NCBI GenBank assembly: GCA_963815315.1
Contig: CAWFFX010000007.1
Coordinates: forward strand, 71,732 to 135,731
DNA from: an uncultured Alphaproteobacteria bacterium
GTDB lineage: Bacteria > Pseudomonadota > Alphaproteobacteria > Sphingomonadales > Sphingomonadaceae
DNA: 64,000 nucleotides
Reading direction: 5' to 3'
The notes under the pieces are model-generated. The model made no database searches and was not told where the DNA came from. It worked only from the letters and a program-made list of their open reading frames with translations. Both the position numbers and the translations under genes were made by a program. Shown piece after piece: positions 49,825 to 58,655 of the stretch. Every line of letters begins with the position of its first letter. The stretch's first letter is position 1.

Positions 49825-51906
49825 ATGTTTACCCGATCACTCACCACTCGCCTGCTGGCTGCAACTGCCGCATTCGCGACGCTTGCTTTTCCGGGCGCTG
49901 CCCTTGCTGACCATCACAAAGACACTTCAACCACCGGAGCATCAATGACGAAAACTGCTGAAGCCGCCCCTCTGATCCCGCGCGATGCGCTGTTCGGCAA
50001 TCCGACCCGCGCTCAAGGAATGCTGAGCCCTGATGGCAAATGGCTCAGCTGGCTCGCGCCCAAGGATGGCGTGCTCAACATCTGGATCGCTCCGCGTAAC
50101 GATCAGAGCGCGGCAAAGGCCGTCACCAGCGCCACCGATCGACCGATCCGCAGCCATTTCTGGTCACCCGACAGCAAGAGCGTGGGATACATCCAGGACA
50201 AGGGCGGCGATGAGAATTTCCTGCTGTACAAGATCGATGTGGCAACCGGCGAGGAAACCACGCTCACCCCGTTCGAGAACACCCGTGTCGAGATTGTCGG
50301 AGCGTCCGAGACGATCAAGGATAAACTCCTGATCGGCGTCAACAATCGCGATCCGCAGTTCCACGACGTGCACATGCTGGACATCAACACCGGCGAGCTG
50401 GAGCTTGTGTATCAGAACGACGGTTATGCCGGATTCATGGCCGATGACACGCTCACCCTGCGAATGGCGTATCGCCAGAACGAGGCGGGCGGAACCGACT
50501 ATTTCGAAGTGACCGATGATGTCGTCGCCGCTGAACCGTTCGAGACGACCGCGATGGAAGATTCGCTCACCACCTCGCCGGCCGGATACAACACTGATGG
50601 ATCGGTGCTGTACTGGATCGACAGCCGGGGCCGCAACACGGCGGCGCTGTATGCGCAGGACACGGCGACAGGCGAGAAGACCCTGATTGCGCAGGATGAC
50701 AAGGCCGATATCGGTGGCACGATCCGCGATACAAAAACCGGCGAAGTGGAGGCGTATTCCGTAAACTACCTCAAGACCGAATGGACTGCGATTGATCCGG
50801 GCATAAAGGCCTCGCTCGACTGGCTGCGAGAACGGCTGGATGGGGAATACGGCATATCCAGCCGCACCGATGACGATACGACATGGATCGTGTCCAACGA
50901 TCCGCTGACCGCGCCCACGCGCACATTCATCTACGATCGCACAGCGCAGACGCTGACGCCGTTCTATGTCACGCGACCGGAACTGGAAGGCGCGCCGCTG
51001 CAACCCATGCACCCGGTCGAAATCGCCAGCCGTGATGGGCTGACGCTACCGTCCTACCTCACTTTGCCACCGGGCAGTGACAGCGATGGCGACGGACGGC
51101 CCGATGCCGCCGTGCCGATGGTGCTGCTGGTGCATGGCGGACCATGGGCGCGCGATGGATATGGATTTTCAAGCGGTGTCCAGTGGCTCGCCAATCGCGG
51201 CTATGCGGTACTGCAGGTCAATTTCCGGGGCAGCACCGGGTTCGGCAAGGATTTCCTCAACGCGGCCAACCTGCAATGGGGGCTGAAAATGCACGACGAT
51301 CTGATCGATGCGACCGACTGGGCAATCAGCGAAGGCATCACCAGCGCAGACAAGGTGGCGATCATGGGCGGATCGTACGGCGGCTATGCGACGCTGGCGG
51401 GCCTCGCCTTCACGCCCGAAAAATTCGCCTGCGGGGTCGATATCGTCGGTCCGTCCAACCTTGAAACGCTGCTGTCGACGATCCCGCCTTACTGGGCGCC
51501 TCTGGTCAAGACCTTCCATGAACGCATGGGCAATCCCAACACCGAAGAAGGGTTGGCCATGCTGAAAGCCGCCAGCCCGCTGTACAAGGCAGACCAGATC
51601 GAAAAGCCGCTGCTCATCCTGCAGGGGGCCAATGATCCGCGCGTAAAGCAGGCTGAAAGCGACCAGATCGTCTCCGCTATGAAGTCTGCGGGCATCCCCG
51701 TCACCTATGTGCTGTATCCGGATGAGGGCCACGGGTTTGCAAAGCCGGTAAACAACATCGCCTACACCGCGATTACCGAGAATTTCCTGTCGACCTGCCT
51801 TGGCGGGCGCAGCGAACCGATCGGCGATGCGGTGGCTAACAGCACGGCGCAAATCCTTGATGGGCAGGAATTTGTCGCCGGTCTGCAGGAGGCATTGAGC
51901 GATTGA
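49825..51906 (+). CDS. S9 family serine peptidase (prolyl oligopeptidase / dipeptidyl peptidase-like), secreted
   Basis: Has a signal peptide, a beta-propeller-length N-terminal half, the catalytic motif GGSYGGY, and the DEGHGF His region. Confidence 0.85.
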   Translation: MFTRSLTTRLLAATAAFATLAFPGAALADHHKDTSTTGASMTKTAEAAPLIPRDALFGNPTRAQGMLSPDGKWLSWLAPKDGVLNIWIAPRNDQSAAKAVTSATDRPIRSHFWSPDSKSVGYIQDKGGDENFLLYKIDVATGEETTLTPFENTRVEIVGASETIKDKLLIGVNNRDPQFHDVHMLDINTGELELVYQNDGYAGFMADDTLTLRMAYRQNEAGGTDYFEVTDDVVAAEPFETTAMEDSLTTSPAGYNTDGSVLYWIDSRGRNTAALYAQDTATGEKTLIAQDDKADIGGTIRDTKTGEVEAYSVNYLKTEWTAIDPGIKASLDWLRERLDGEYGISSRTDDDTTWIVSNDPLTAPTRTFIYDRTAQTLTPFYVTRPELEGAPLQPMHPVEIASRDGLTLPSYLTLPPGSDSDGDGRPDAAVPMVLLVHGGPWARDGYGFSSGVQWLANRGYAVLQVNFRGSTGFGKDFLNAANLQWGLKMHDDLIDATDWAISEGITSADKVAIMGGSYGGYATLAGLAFTPEKFACGVDIVGPSNLETLLSTIPPYWAPLVKTFHERMGNPNTEEGLAMLKAASPLYKADQIEKPLLILQGANDPRVKQAESDQIVSAMKSAGIPVTYVLYPDEGHGFAKPVNNIAYTAITENFLSTCLGGRSEPIGDAVANSTAQILDGQEFVAGLQEALSD

Positions 51907-51914
51907 TATGCCGG

Positions 51915-51944
51915 GCGAGACCCCGCGCCAATGCGGGGTCTCGC
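51915..51944 (+). terminator. Perfect 12-bp stem-loop after the S9 peptidase gene
   Basis: GCGAGACCCCGC-gccaat-GCGGGGTCTCGC, 9 nt after the stop. There is no clear U-tract. Confidence 0.5.
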
Positions 51945-52024
51945 AACCGACTTGCAATCGGACATGACAAGCCGGTTCACCTCACCTAATCAGGTTGCAA
52001 ACTGCAATTCATGGGAGAGGGATA

Positions 52025-52837
52025 ATGGGCGAGGCACCCAAGCGGGCAATTTTCATCACTGGCGGCGGATCGGGCATCGGCCGCGCCACTGCACGTTATT
52101 TCGGGGAGCGCGGCTGGTTTGTCGGGATTTCCGATATCGACGTGCCGGGTATGGAAGAGACGCTGGCGCTGATCCCCGGCGGTTTCAAATACATGCATCA
52201 GCACGATGTGCGCGACCGCGCCGGCTGGGACGTTGCGCTCAATTCATTCTCCACCGCTGCGGGCGGGCGCATTGATGCGTTGGTCAACAATGCCGGAATC
52301 GGCTCAGGCGGCGCGCTGGCGGAAATGGACCCCGACGAGATCGACCGTTGCCTCGACATCAATCTGAAAGGCGTGCTGTATGGCGCGCAGGCGGCATATC
52401 CGCACCTCCTGAAAACAGCGCCCGGATCAGCGCTGGTCAATATCGCCAGCGCCGCCGGGATCAATGGCAACAGCGGAATGAGCGTCTATTGCGCGACCAA
52501 GTTTGGCGTGCGCGCTGTCAGCGAAAGCCTCGATGCCGAATGGGCGGCGGATGGGATCAAGGTCGCCTCGATCTGTCCCAGCTTCATCGACACCCCGCTG
52601 CTCGATGGCACAGGCAATCGTCGATCGAATGAACGGGTGCGCGATGTCGTCATCGCCGCCGGACTTGAAATCACCCCGGTGGAGGAAGTAGCCGCTGCAA
52701 TCTGGAACGCTGTGCACGGCGACAAATTGCATTATCTCGTTGGCAAGACTGCGCGGCAGCTGAATTTTGCGAAACGCTGGATGCCGGGCAAGGTGCGCAA
52801 GCAGGGCCGCAGCTCCGCAACGCTGTTGGGTCGGTGA
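52025..52837 (+). CDS. Short-chain dehydrogenase/reductase (classical SDR)
   Basis: Contains TGGGSGIGRA, NNAG and YCATK, which fits YxxxK. GGGAGAGGG lies upstream of the ATG at 52025. Confidence 0.8.
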   Translation: MGEAPKRAIFITGGGSGIGRATARYFGERGWFVGISDIDVPGMEETLALIPGGFKYMHQHDVRDRAGWDVALNSFSTAAGGRIDALVNNAGIGSGGALAEMDPDEIDRCLDINLKGVLYGAQAAYPHLLKTAPGSALVNIASAAGINGNSGMSVYCATKFGVRAVSESLDAEWAADGIKVASICPSFIDTPLLDGTGNRRSNERVRDVVIAAGLEITPVEEVAAAIWNAVHGDKLHYLVGKTARQLNFAKRWMPGKVRKQGRSSATLLGR

Positions 52838-53892
52838 TGGGCGGGCTGCGTGTGCGGGCGATTGTCGCCCTGACCCTCGCCTTGTCGTGTCTGACTGTGC
52901 CTGCTGCGGCACAACTGATTGAGGCGCAGCCTGTCACCATCGCGCAGAGCTACACACTCGCGTCCAAAACGCTGGGCAGCGACCGAGTTATCTCGATCCG
53001 CTTGCCGGCTGAATATGATGCCGAGCCGACGCGCAGGTTTCCGGTGGTCTATCTGCTCGATGGCGGGCCGGATCAGGATTTCATCCACATCGCCGGGATC
53101 GCTCAGAGCCGGGAGATGAATTACAGTTTCGAACCCTTTATCCTCGTCGGCATACAGAGCGTGGACCGGCGGCGCATGTTCACGCCCCCGGTCGCAGATC
53201 CGCAACCCTACATCGAAATGCTCAAGGCAACGCCCGGAGGCAGTGCGCAATACCGCAATTTCCTGCGCACCGAGCTAAAGCCTCTGATCGAGGGGAAGCT
53301 GCGCACCAACGGTGATGATGCGATAATCGGGGAATCGCTGGGCGGGCTGTTCATCATCGAAACCCTGCTTACAGAGCCGGGCCTGTTTGACGATTACATC
53401 GCCATATCGCCCTCCCTATGGTGGGAAGAGATGAGCCTTGCCAAGCGCGCGCAGGACTATCTCGCTGTTGCACCGGCGGGCAAGCACAGGCTGTATCTGA
53501 CCACTGCGAATGAAGGTGACTGGCATCGCGAAGGCACCGAGCGGCTGGTTGCGGCCCTGCGCGAACACGCGCCGCAGGAGCTCGAATGGAGTTTCGTAGA
53601 CGCCGGTGCGCGCGAGACGCACGGCACGCTGTATCACCCCATGGCGCTTGATGCGTTTCGCGCGCTGTACGGTTCACCGACGCGCGAATATGGCAATTAT
53701 CCGCTGGTCGGCGGTCCATCCGATCTTGAACCCACCCCCGAGGAACAGGCGCGCATAGACACACCCTGCACCCGCGAAAGCGCGCTTACGATTACGCCTG
53801 ACGTGGCAGAGCGTATCCGCGATGCGTTCGAATACGCTTGCGTGCTCCACCAGCTTGGCCCGTTGCCGCGCGAAGGCAATTTGCCGGGCTGA
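52837..53892 (+). CDS. Secreted alpha/beta hydrolase (putative esterase family)
   Basis: Has the signal MGGLRVRAIVALTLALSCLTVPAAAQ, then PVVYLLDG and the nucleophile elbow GESLGG. The start is ATG 52837 or GTG 52834; both overlap the SDR stop. Confidence 0.75.
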   Translation: MGGLRVRAIVALTLALSCLTVPAAAQLIEAQPVTIAQSYTLASKTLGSDRVISIRLPAEYDAEPTRRFPVVYLLDGGPDQDFIHIAGIAQSREMNYSFEPFILVGIQSVDRRRMFTPPVADPQPYIEMLKATPGGSAQYRNFLRTELKPLIEGKLRTNGDDAIIGESLGGLFIIETLLTEPGLFDDYIAISPSLWWEEMSLAKRAQDYLAVAPAGKHRLYLTTANEGDWHREGTERLVAALREHAPQELEWSFVDAGARETHGTLYHPMALDAFRALYGSPTREYGNYPLVGGPSDLEPTPEEQARIDTPCTRESALTITPDVAERIRDAFEYACVLHQLGPLPREGNLPG

Positions 53893-53912
53893 AATTCCAG
53901 TTTGGCCGGCCT

Positions 53913-54206
53913 TTACGCCAGTTGGTCAATGGCGCGCGCCATTGCTGCATCGCGAGAGGATAGCCCGCCTGCGTCGTGCGTGGTCAGCGTGATTTCGACC
54001 TTCGCGTAAACATTGAACCATTCGGGATGGTGATCCTGACTGTCTGCCAGCAGGGCAACGCGGCTCATGAAGCCCCATGCCTGTGAGAAATCGTCAAACT
54101 GGAACGTGCGTTTGATTGCCTTGCCATCGCGCACCAGTTCCCAGTCGGGACGGTCGGCCAGCAGGCGGGCGCGATCTTCTTCGGAAAGTTCGGGGATAGT
54201 GGTCAT
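53913..54206 (-). CDS. phhB: Pterin-4-alpha-carbinolamine dehydratase
   Basis: 97 aa, containing [18 protein letters not shown]. Confidence 0.85.
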   Translation of the reverse strand: MTTIPELSEEDRARLLADRPDWELVRDGKAIKRTFQFDDFSQAWGFMSRVALLADSQDHHPEWFNVYAKVEITLTTHDAGGLSSRDAAMARAIDQLA

Positions 54207-54269
54207 AGTCTGGGCCTTCTGTGTGGCAAATGTTGTGAGCGCGGTTGCTTTTCCCTAACGCTCCAACCG

Positions 54270-54884
54270 ATGCAAGGTTCTGACACCCCTTCGATAATCG
54301 CAACCGATCTCGCCTGCGCGCGGGGGGACAGACTGCTGTTCCGGCGCCTTTCGCTGGAATTGCGCAGTGGTGATGCGTGCCATGTGACCGGTGCGAATGG
54401 CGCAGGCAAGACCACGCTGATCCGAACGCTGGCTGGCCTTTCGCCGGCCTTTGCAGGCGATCGCCGCGTGCACGGCACAATCGCCCTGCTGGACGAACGG
54501 ATGGCGCTGGACCCGGATTTACCTCTGGCGCGTGCACTGGATTTCTGGTTCGCACTGGATGGCTTGGCGGATCGGGCGGCGGTGCTGGCGCGCCTGCACC
54601 TGACCGGGATTGCGCAGGTGCCGGTGCGTTATCTCTCCACCGGCCAGAGGAAGCGCGCAGGCCTCGCGCGGCTGATTGGGCAAGGCGCGCAGGTCTGGCT
54701 GCTGGATGAGCCGTTGTCCGGGCTGGACACTGCCTCGCAGGTTCTGGTTGAAGCACTGATCGTAGAACATCTGGCAGGCGGCGGGGTGGCGCTGATCGCA
54801 TCGCACCAGCCGCTTGATATCGCCGGACTGCGGACGCTCGCGCTCGAGGATTACGCGCCCACAGCCGAGGCAGAGCCAGCGTGA
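54270..54884 (+). CDS. ccmA: Heme exporter ATP-binding protein CcmA
   Basis: Contains Walker A GANGAGKTT, the signature LSTGQRKR and Walker B WLLDEP. It is short, about 200 aa, and is followed by ccmB. Confidence 0.8.
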   Translation: MQGSDTPSIIATDLACARGDRLLFRRLSLELRSGDACHVTGANGAGKTTLIRTLAGLSPAFAGDRRVHGTIALLDERMALDPDLPLARALDFWFALDGLADRAAVLARLHLTGIAQVPVRYLSTGQRKRAGLARLIGQGAQVWLLDEPLSGLDTASQVLVEALIVEHLAGGGVALIASHQPLDIAGLRTLALEDYAPTAEAEPA

Positions 54885-55525
54885 TCGCGAGGCTGCTGAT
54901 GCGCGATCTGGCGCAATTTTTCCCGTTTTCCGGAGGCGGGGCGGCGCTGCCCGTGATCTTTTTTGTCGCAGTGGCGATGCTGTATCCCTTCGCCGTCGGG
55001 CCGGACCCGGCCATGCTGGCGCGCACGGGCGGCGGGGTGATCTGGATCGCCGCGCTGCTGGCCGCGATCCTGCCGCTGGACCGGTTGGTGGCGCGCGATA
55101 TCGATCTTGGCCATTTTGACCAGTTGCGCCTGCGCGGTGTCAGCGAAGAGGCGATGATGGCGGTGCGTTGGCTGGCGCACTGGCTGAGTTTTGGGCCGCC
55201 GCTGATCCTTGCCGCCTTCCCCGCTGCTGCGCTGCTGGGACTAGACGGGCCGACATTGCATCTGGTGCTGATCGGTTTGCTGGCGGGCACCCCGGGGCTG
55301 GCGGCGATCGGCCTGATGATCGCGGCGTTGACGGCATCGGTGCGCGCGGGCGCGGCATTATCGGGGCTGCTGCTGATCCCGCTTGCCCTGCCGATCCTGA
55401 TCTTTGGCGCAGGCGCGCTCGCGCGGCAGGACGCGGCCAGCATCGGCTTTGTTGCGGCGATCAGTCTGGGGCTTGTCGCGATTGCGCCCTTCGCCGCCGG
55501 AGCCGCCATCCGGGCGGTGCGTTGA
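54881..55525 (+). CDS. ccmB: Heme exporter permease CcmB
   Basis: A six-helix hydrophobic protein with the CcmB-like sequence PFAVGPD...IWIAALLA. The GTG start overlaps the ccmA stop as GTGA. Confidence 0.8.
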   Translation: MIARLLMRDLAQFFPFSGGGAALPVIFFVAVAMLYPFAVGPDPAMLARTGGGVIWIAALLAAILPLDRLVARDIDLGHFDQLRLRGVSEEAMMAVRWLAHWLSFGPPLILAAFPAAALLGLDGPTLHLVLIGLLAGTPGLAAIGLMIAALTASVRAGAALSGLLLIPLALPILIFGAGALARQDAASIGFVAAISLGLVAIAPFAAGAAIRAVR

Positions 55526-56232
55526 GGCTGGTATGCACGGGACGCTCGACTATTTCTTCGCCGCTGGCCGCACCCCGATGCTGGATCACCGGCGCAGCCA
55601 ATCGCTGGCTCGGGCATATTGCGCTGGCACTGCTGGTGTTCACGCTGTTGGCGTTTGGCGTGAAGGCTGTGGTCCATACGCAGGTTCAGGCGCGTTACAC
55701 CGCGCTGGTGATCGTGCACGCGGTGAGCATGATCGCATGGCTCGGCTTGCTGGCCGGGCAGGCCTATCTGATCGGACGCGGAACGTTTGCTGTTCACCGG
55801 GCGATGGGCCGTGCCTCCATCGCGCTGGTGGCGGTGATGATGGTTTCGGGCGGGATCATATCGGTCAATATCGGACGGGAACTGGGTCGGCCCGAAGTGA
55901 CCATAGTGAACCTTGCCGCATTCGTGACATTCATCCCGCTGTATTTCGCCGCGCTGGTGTTTGCCCGCCGGCGCCATGTGCATGCGCACCGTCAGGCCAT
56001 GCTGATTGCGACACTGGCGCTGATGACGCCTGCCTATGCGCGCGTGGTGCAGGTGCTGGGCCTGCCCGATCCGGTCGCGATTGCGGTGCAGGTGCCGATC
56101 ACGGTTGCAATTGCCATCGGCTATGACTGGGCCACACACAGCCGACTGACCAGGGTGACGCTGGCGATGCTGGCGTTCTCGATCGCAATTGTCGCGATCA
56201 TGGTGGCGGTGCTGGCGGTGTGGTTCCTGTAA
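55522..56232 (+). CDS. Hypothetical polytopic membrane protein; the start is unresolved and the N-terminus may be frameshifted
   Basis: The frame is clearly hydrophobic and coding from WLGHIALALLVFTLLAFGV onward. Before that helix it has no ATG or GTG, only a TTG at 55522. A well-placed GAGG-N5-ATG at 55533 opens a different frame, MHGTLDYFFAAGRTPMLDHRRS, with very high GC3. That frame turns to nonsense after about 22 codons. Confidence 0.5.
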   Translation: MRLVCTGRSTISSPLAAPRCWITGAANRWLGHIALALLVFTLLAFGVKAVVHTQVQARYTALVIVHAVSMIAWLGLLAGQAYLIGRGTFAVHRAMGRASIALVAVMMVSGGIISVNIGRELGRPEVTIVNLAAFVTFIPLYFAALVFARRRHVHAHRQAMLIATLALMTPAYARVVQVLGLPDPVAIAVQVPITVAIAIGYDWATHSRLTRVTLAMLAFSIAIVAIMVAVLAVWFL

Positions 56233-56241
56233 ACGCGCAGT

Positions 56242-56811
56242 CTAACCGTCGGTGTTTTCGCGATGCTTGCCCAGAAACACGACGCTGCCCAGATCTGCCC
56301 GAAACTCTTTCAACCGGGCGGTGACGATCATCGATTCAAGGTTTGCCAGCAAGCCGACGCCCAGCAGGGCGATCAGGAATATCCGCGAATAATCGAAGGC
56401 GTAGAGCCAGACAACGAACACTCCGGAAAGGATCGCGCCCAGTTTCGACAGGTAGAGGTGATAGGCCGGGAGCCTGCCGAACTTTACCAGACAGACGATG
56501 GCGGCGCCCGCATAAGTCGCCAGAAAGGCGATGAGCCACGCCAGCTCCGGTCGCAGCGTCTGGCTTTCAAACAGGGCGATCCCCAGCAATCCGGCCAGCG
56601 TCGTCGCGCCATCCGCAATCGTATCCAGCCGCGCACCGCGTTCGGATGCCGTGCCCATCCAGCGCGAAATCGGTCCATCGACCAGATCGGTCCCAAGGCT
56701 GATGATAAGCCCGACAAAGAACGCATCGCGCAGGCCTGCAAGCGCCAGTCCGGCGATAACCGGAGCGGCGATAATGCGATAGATTGTCAGCGGATCGGCG
56801 AGTGAGCGCAT
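56242..56811 (-). CDS. CDP-alcohol phosphatidyltransferase family protein
   Basis: Contains the motif DLVDGPISRWMGTASERGARLDTIAD, which fits D-x2-DG-x2-AR...G-x3-D-x3-D. Confidence 0.75.
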   Translation of the reverse strand: MRSLADPLTIYRIIAAPVIAGLALAGLRDAFFVGLIISLGTDLVDGPISRWMGTASERGARLDTIADGATTLAGLLGIALFESQTLRPELAWLIAFLATYAGAAIVCLVKFGRLPAYHLYLSKLGAILSGVFVVWLYAFDYSRIFLIALLGVGLLANLESMIVTARLKEFRADLGSVVFLGKHRENTDG

Positions 56812-56846
56812 CGGACCGTCAATCGCGCCTTAACGTGGCGGAGGCG

Positions 56847-57678
56847 TCACGAATAAGGCGGCTTGTCCCGCCCGGTCGGGCTCTTGGTGAAGATCTCGAC
56901 GCCGTCATCGGTAATGGCAAGACTATGTTCGAACTGCGCAGACAGCGACTTGTCGCGGGTCACTGCGGTCCAGCCGTCTCCCAGCACTTTCGCCCACGGT
57001 TTGCCCAGATTGATCATCGGTTCGATGGTGAAGAACATGCCCGGTTTCAGCTCCGGCCCCGTCCCTGCCTTTGCCGCATGGACCACTTCGGGCGCGTCGT
57101 GGAACAGGCGGCCAAGGCCATGCCCGCAAAATTCGCGCACCACGCCGTAGCGGAACTGGCGCGCGTGCGCCTCGATCGCGGCGCCGATATCGCCCAGCCG
57201 CGCGCCGGGTCTGCGCCGCAGCCTCGATGCCCAGCATCAGGCATTCATAGGTCACATCGACCAGTCGCTTTGCCTTGATCGGCGGTTCGCCCGCAAAATA
57301 CATGCGGCTGGTATCGCCATGCCAGCCATCCAGCAGCGGCGTCACGTCGATGTTGAGGATATCGCCATCTTTCAGCACCTTTGGCCCCGGAATGCCGTGG
57401 CAGATCACGTGATTGATCGAGATACAGCAGGAATGCGTGTAGCCGCGATAGCCCAGCGTCGCAGGCACCGCGCCCGCATCCAGCATCATTTCGCGGATGG
57501 CAGTGTCGATGCTTTCGGTGGTGACACCAGGTTCCACCAGTCTGGCTGTTTCATCAAGAATGGTCGCGGCCAGATGACCGGCGCGGCGCATCCCCTCGAA
57601 CCCTTCTTCGGTGTGCAGTTTGATCGTCCCGTCGCGGTAGACGGTCTGATCGCTATCGATAAGCTGATATTCTGTCAT
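56847..57678 (-). pseudogene. map: Type I methionine aminopeptidase, with the reading frame interrupted near 57205-57213
   Basis: The N-terminal frame (MTEYQLID...HVICHGIP...DGDILNIDVT...VTYECLMLGIEAA) runs into nonsense. My translation of the adjacent frame gives PGARLGDIGAAIEAHARQFRYGVVREFCGHGLGRLFHDAPEVVH...FTIEPM...QFEHSLAIT. The two frames meet around the sequence GCGCAGACCCGGCGC. Confidence 0.8.
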
Positions 57679-57717
57679 GCGCGCCGATATAGCCAATCAC
57701 CTGCCCAATTGCGAGCG

Positions 57718-58590
57718 CTACTCGCCCTGCGCGAAGGCTTCGCGGTAATCGGGCTTTACCGCCTTCAGCATGGCGGGGCTGACTGGCAGGGTGAATTCAA
57801 AGTCGCCCTCTGCGTATGCGCCCGCGACATAGGGCGCGTAATAGATGCCGATCCGGTCGAACTTTTTCCCGTCCGAAGATCCCAGGAACACCACTGTTTC
57901 ATCCAGCTCCGGGCATTGATCGGGCCACTGCGTCGCCCCCTTCGGCACCGGCTGGCCCCGGCGTTTTGAACGTTCCTTGTTAAGCGCCGCGCAGGCCGCT
58001 GGCCGGATCGCGGTGCCCAGCGCTTGGCGGCTGACGAACAGATCGACCGGTTGGAGCAGGCGCTCGGACGTTCGATCCCACACCACACCGTCACGTCCGT
58101 AGTTTCCGTGAGCACCACCAGAATAAACGTAAAGGCTGTTCGACAGGCTCAGAAAACGCGGGGTATCGGCGACCACCTGCCAGATCAGCTCGAATGCGTT
58201 GGTGCGACATGAAATGGCATCGGGCGGACAGTCCTCGACCAACTCGGTCCAGGATCGCTTCTGTTCGGCAAGCGCTTTCGCTCGCCTCTTTTCAAGGTCG
58301 GCGGCGAGCTTTGGAATTGCCGAGACCTCGCGCGGCCATGCATAGGTGAATGTGCGCTCTGACCCATCCTTTTTGGTGTCATCCTTGAATTCGTAGGCTC
58401 CAGCCGGGCCGGAAGTCTGCGTGGTAGCCGTCGCGGTGGCAGTGGTGGCGGTAGCGGAGCCGCTGTCCGCCTGAGCGCGGGCCTCCACTGCTGCGGTCTG
58501 ATCGACCATCTCTTCCGGCGCGGAGCAGGCCGTGACGGCAGCTGCCAGAATGGCACTTGCCAGAATACGGGCGTTTGCACGTTTTAACAC
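57718..58590 (-). CDS. DUF3298/DUF4163-like lipoprotein
   Basis: Has the lipobox AAVTAC, a Thr/Ala-rich linker, and then the YVYSGGAHGNYG motif that I associate with DUF3298 (RsiV / PdaC N-terminal-like). Confidence 0.65.
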   Translation of the reverse strand: MLKRANARILASAILAAAVTACSAPEEMVDQTAAVEARAQADSGSATATTATATATTQTSGPAGAYEFKDDTKKDGSERTFTYAWPREVSAIPKLAADLEKRRAKALAEQKRSWTELVEDCPPDAISCRTNAFELIWQVVADTPRFLSLSNSLYVYSGGAHGNYGRDGVVWDRTSERLLQPVDLFVSRQALGTAIRPAACAALNKERSKRRGQPVPKGATQWPDQCPELDETVVFLGSSDGKKFDRIGIYYAPYVAGAYAEGDFEFTLPVSPAMLKAVKPDYREAFAQGE

Positions 58591-58655
58591 AGTCGAACTC
58601 CGCGAAAGACCAATTGGGGCGTGACAACCATAATAGCAGGCTTACTTACACGGGC

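Noticed and set aside
54094-56139. 681-aa minus-strand ORF spanning ccmA, ccmB and the membrane protein.
   Set aside because: - It is Arg/Pro/Ala/Ser-rich low-complexity sequence with no recognisable motif.
- It lies opposite three genes with clear motifs (Walker A and B, and hydrophobic helices).
- It is an antisense artefact of high GC content.
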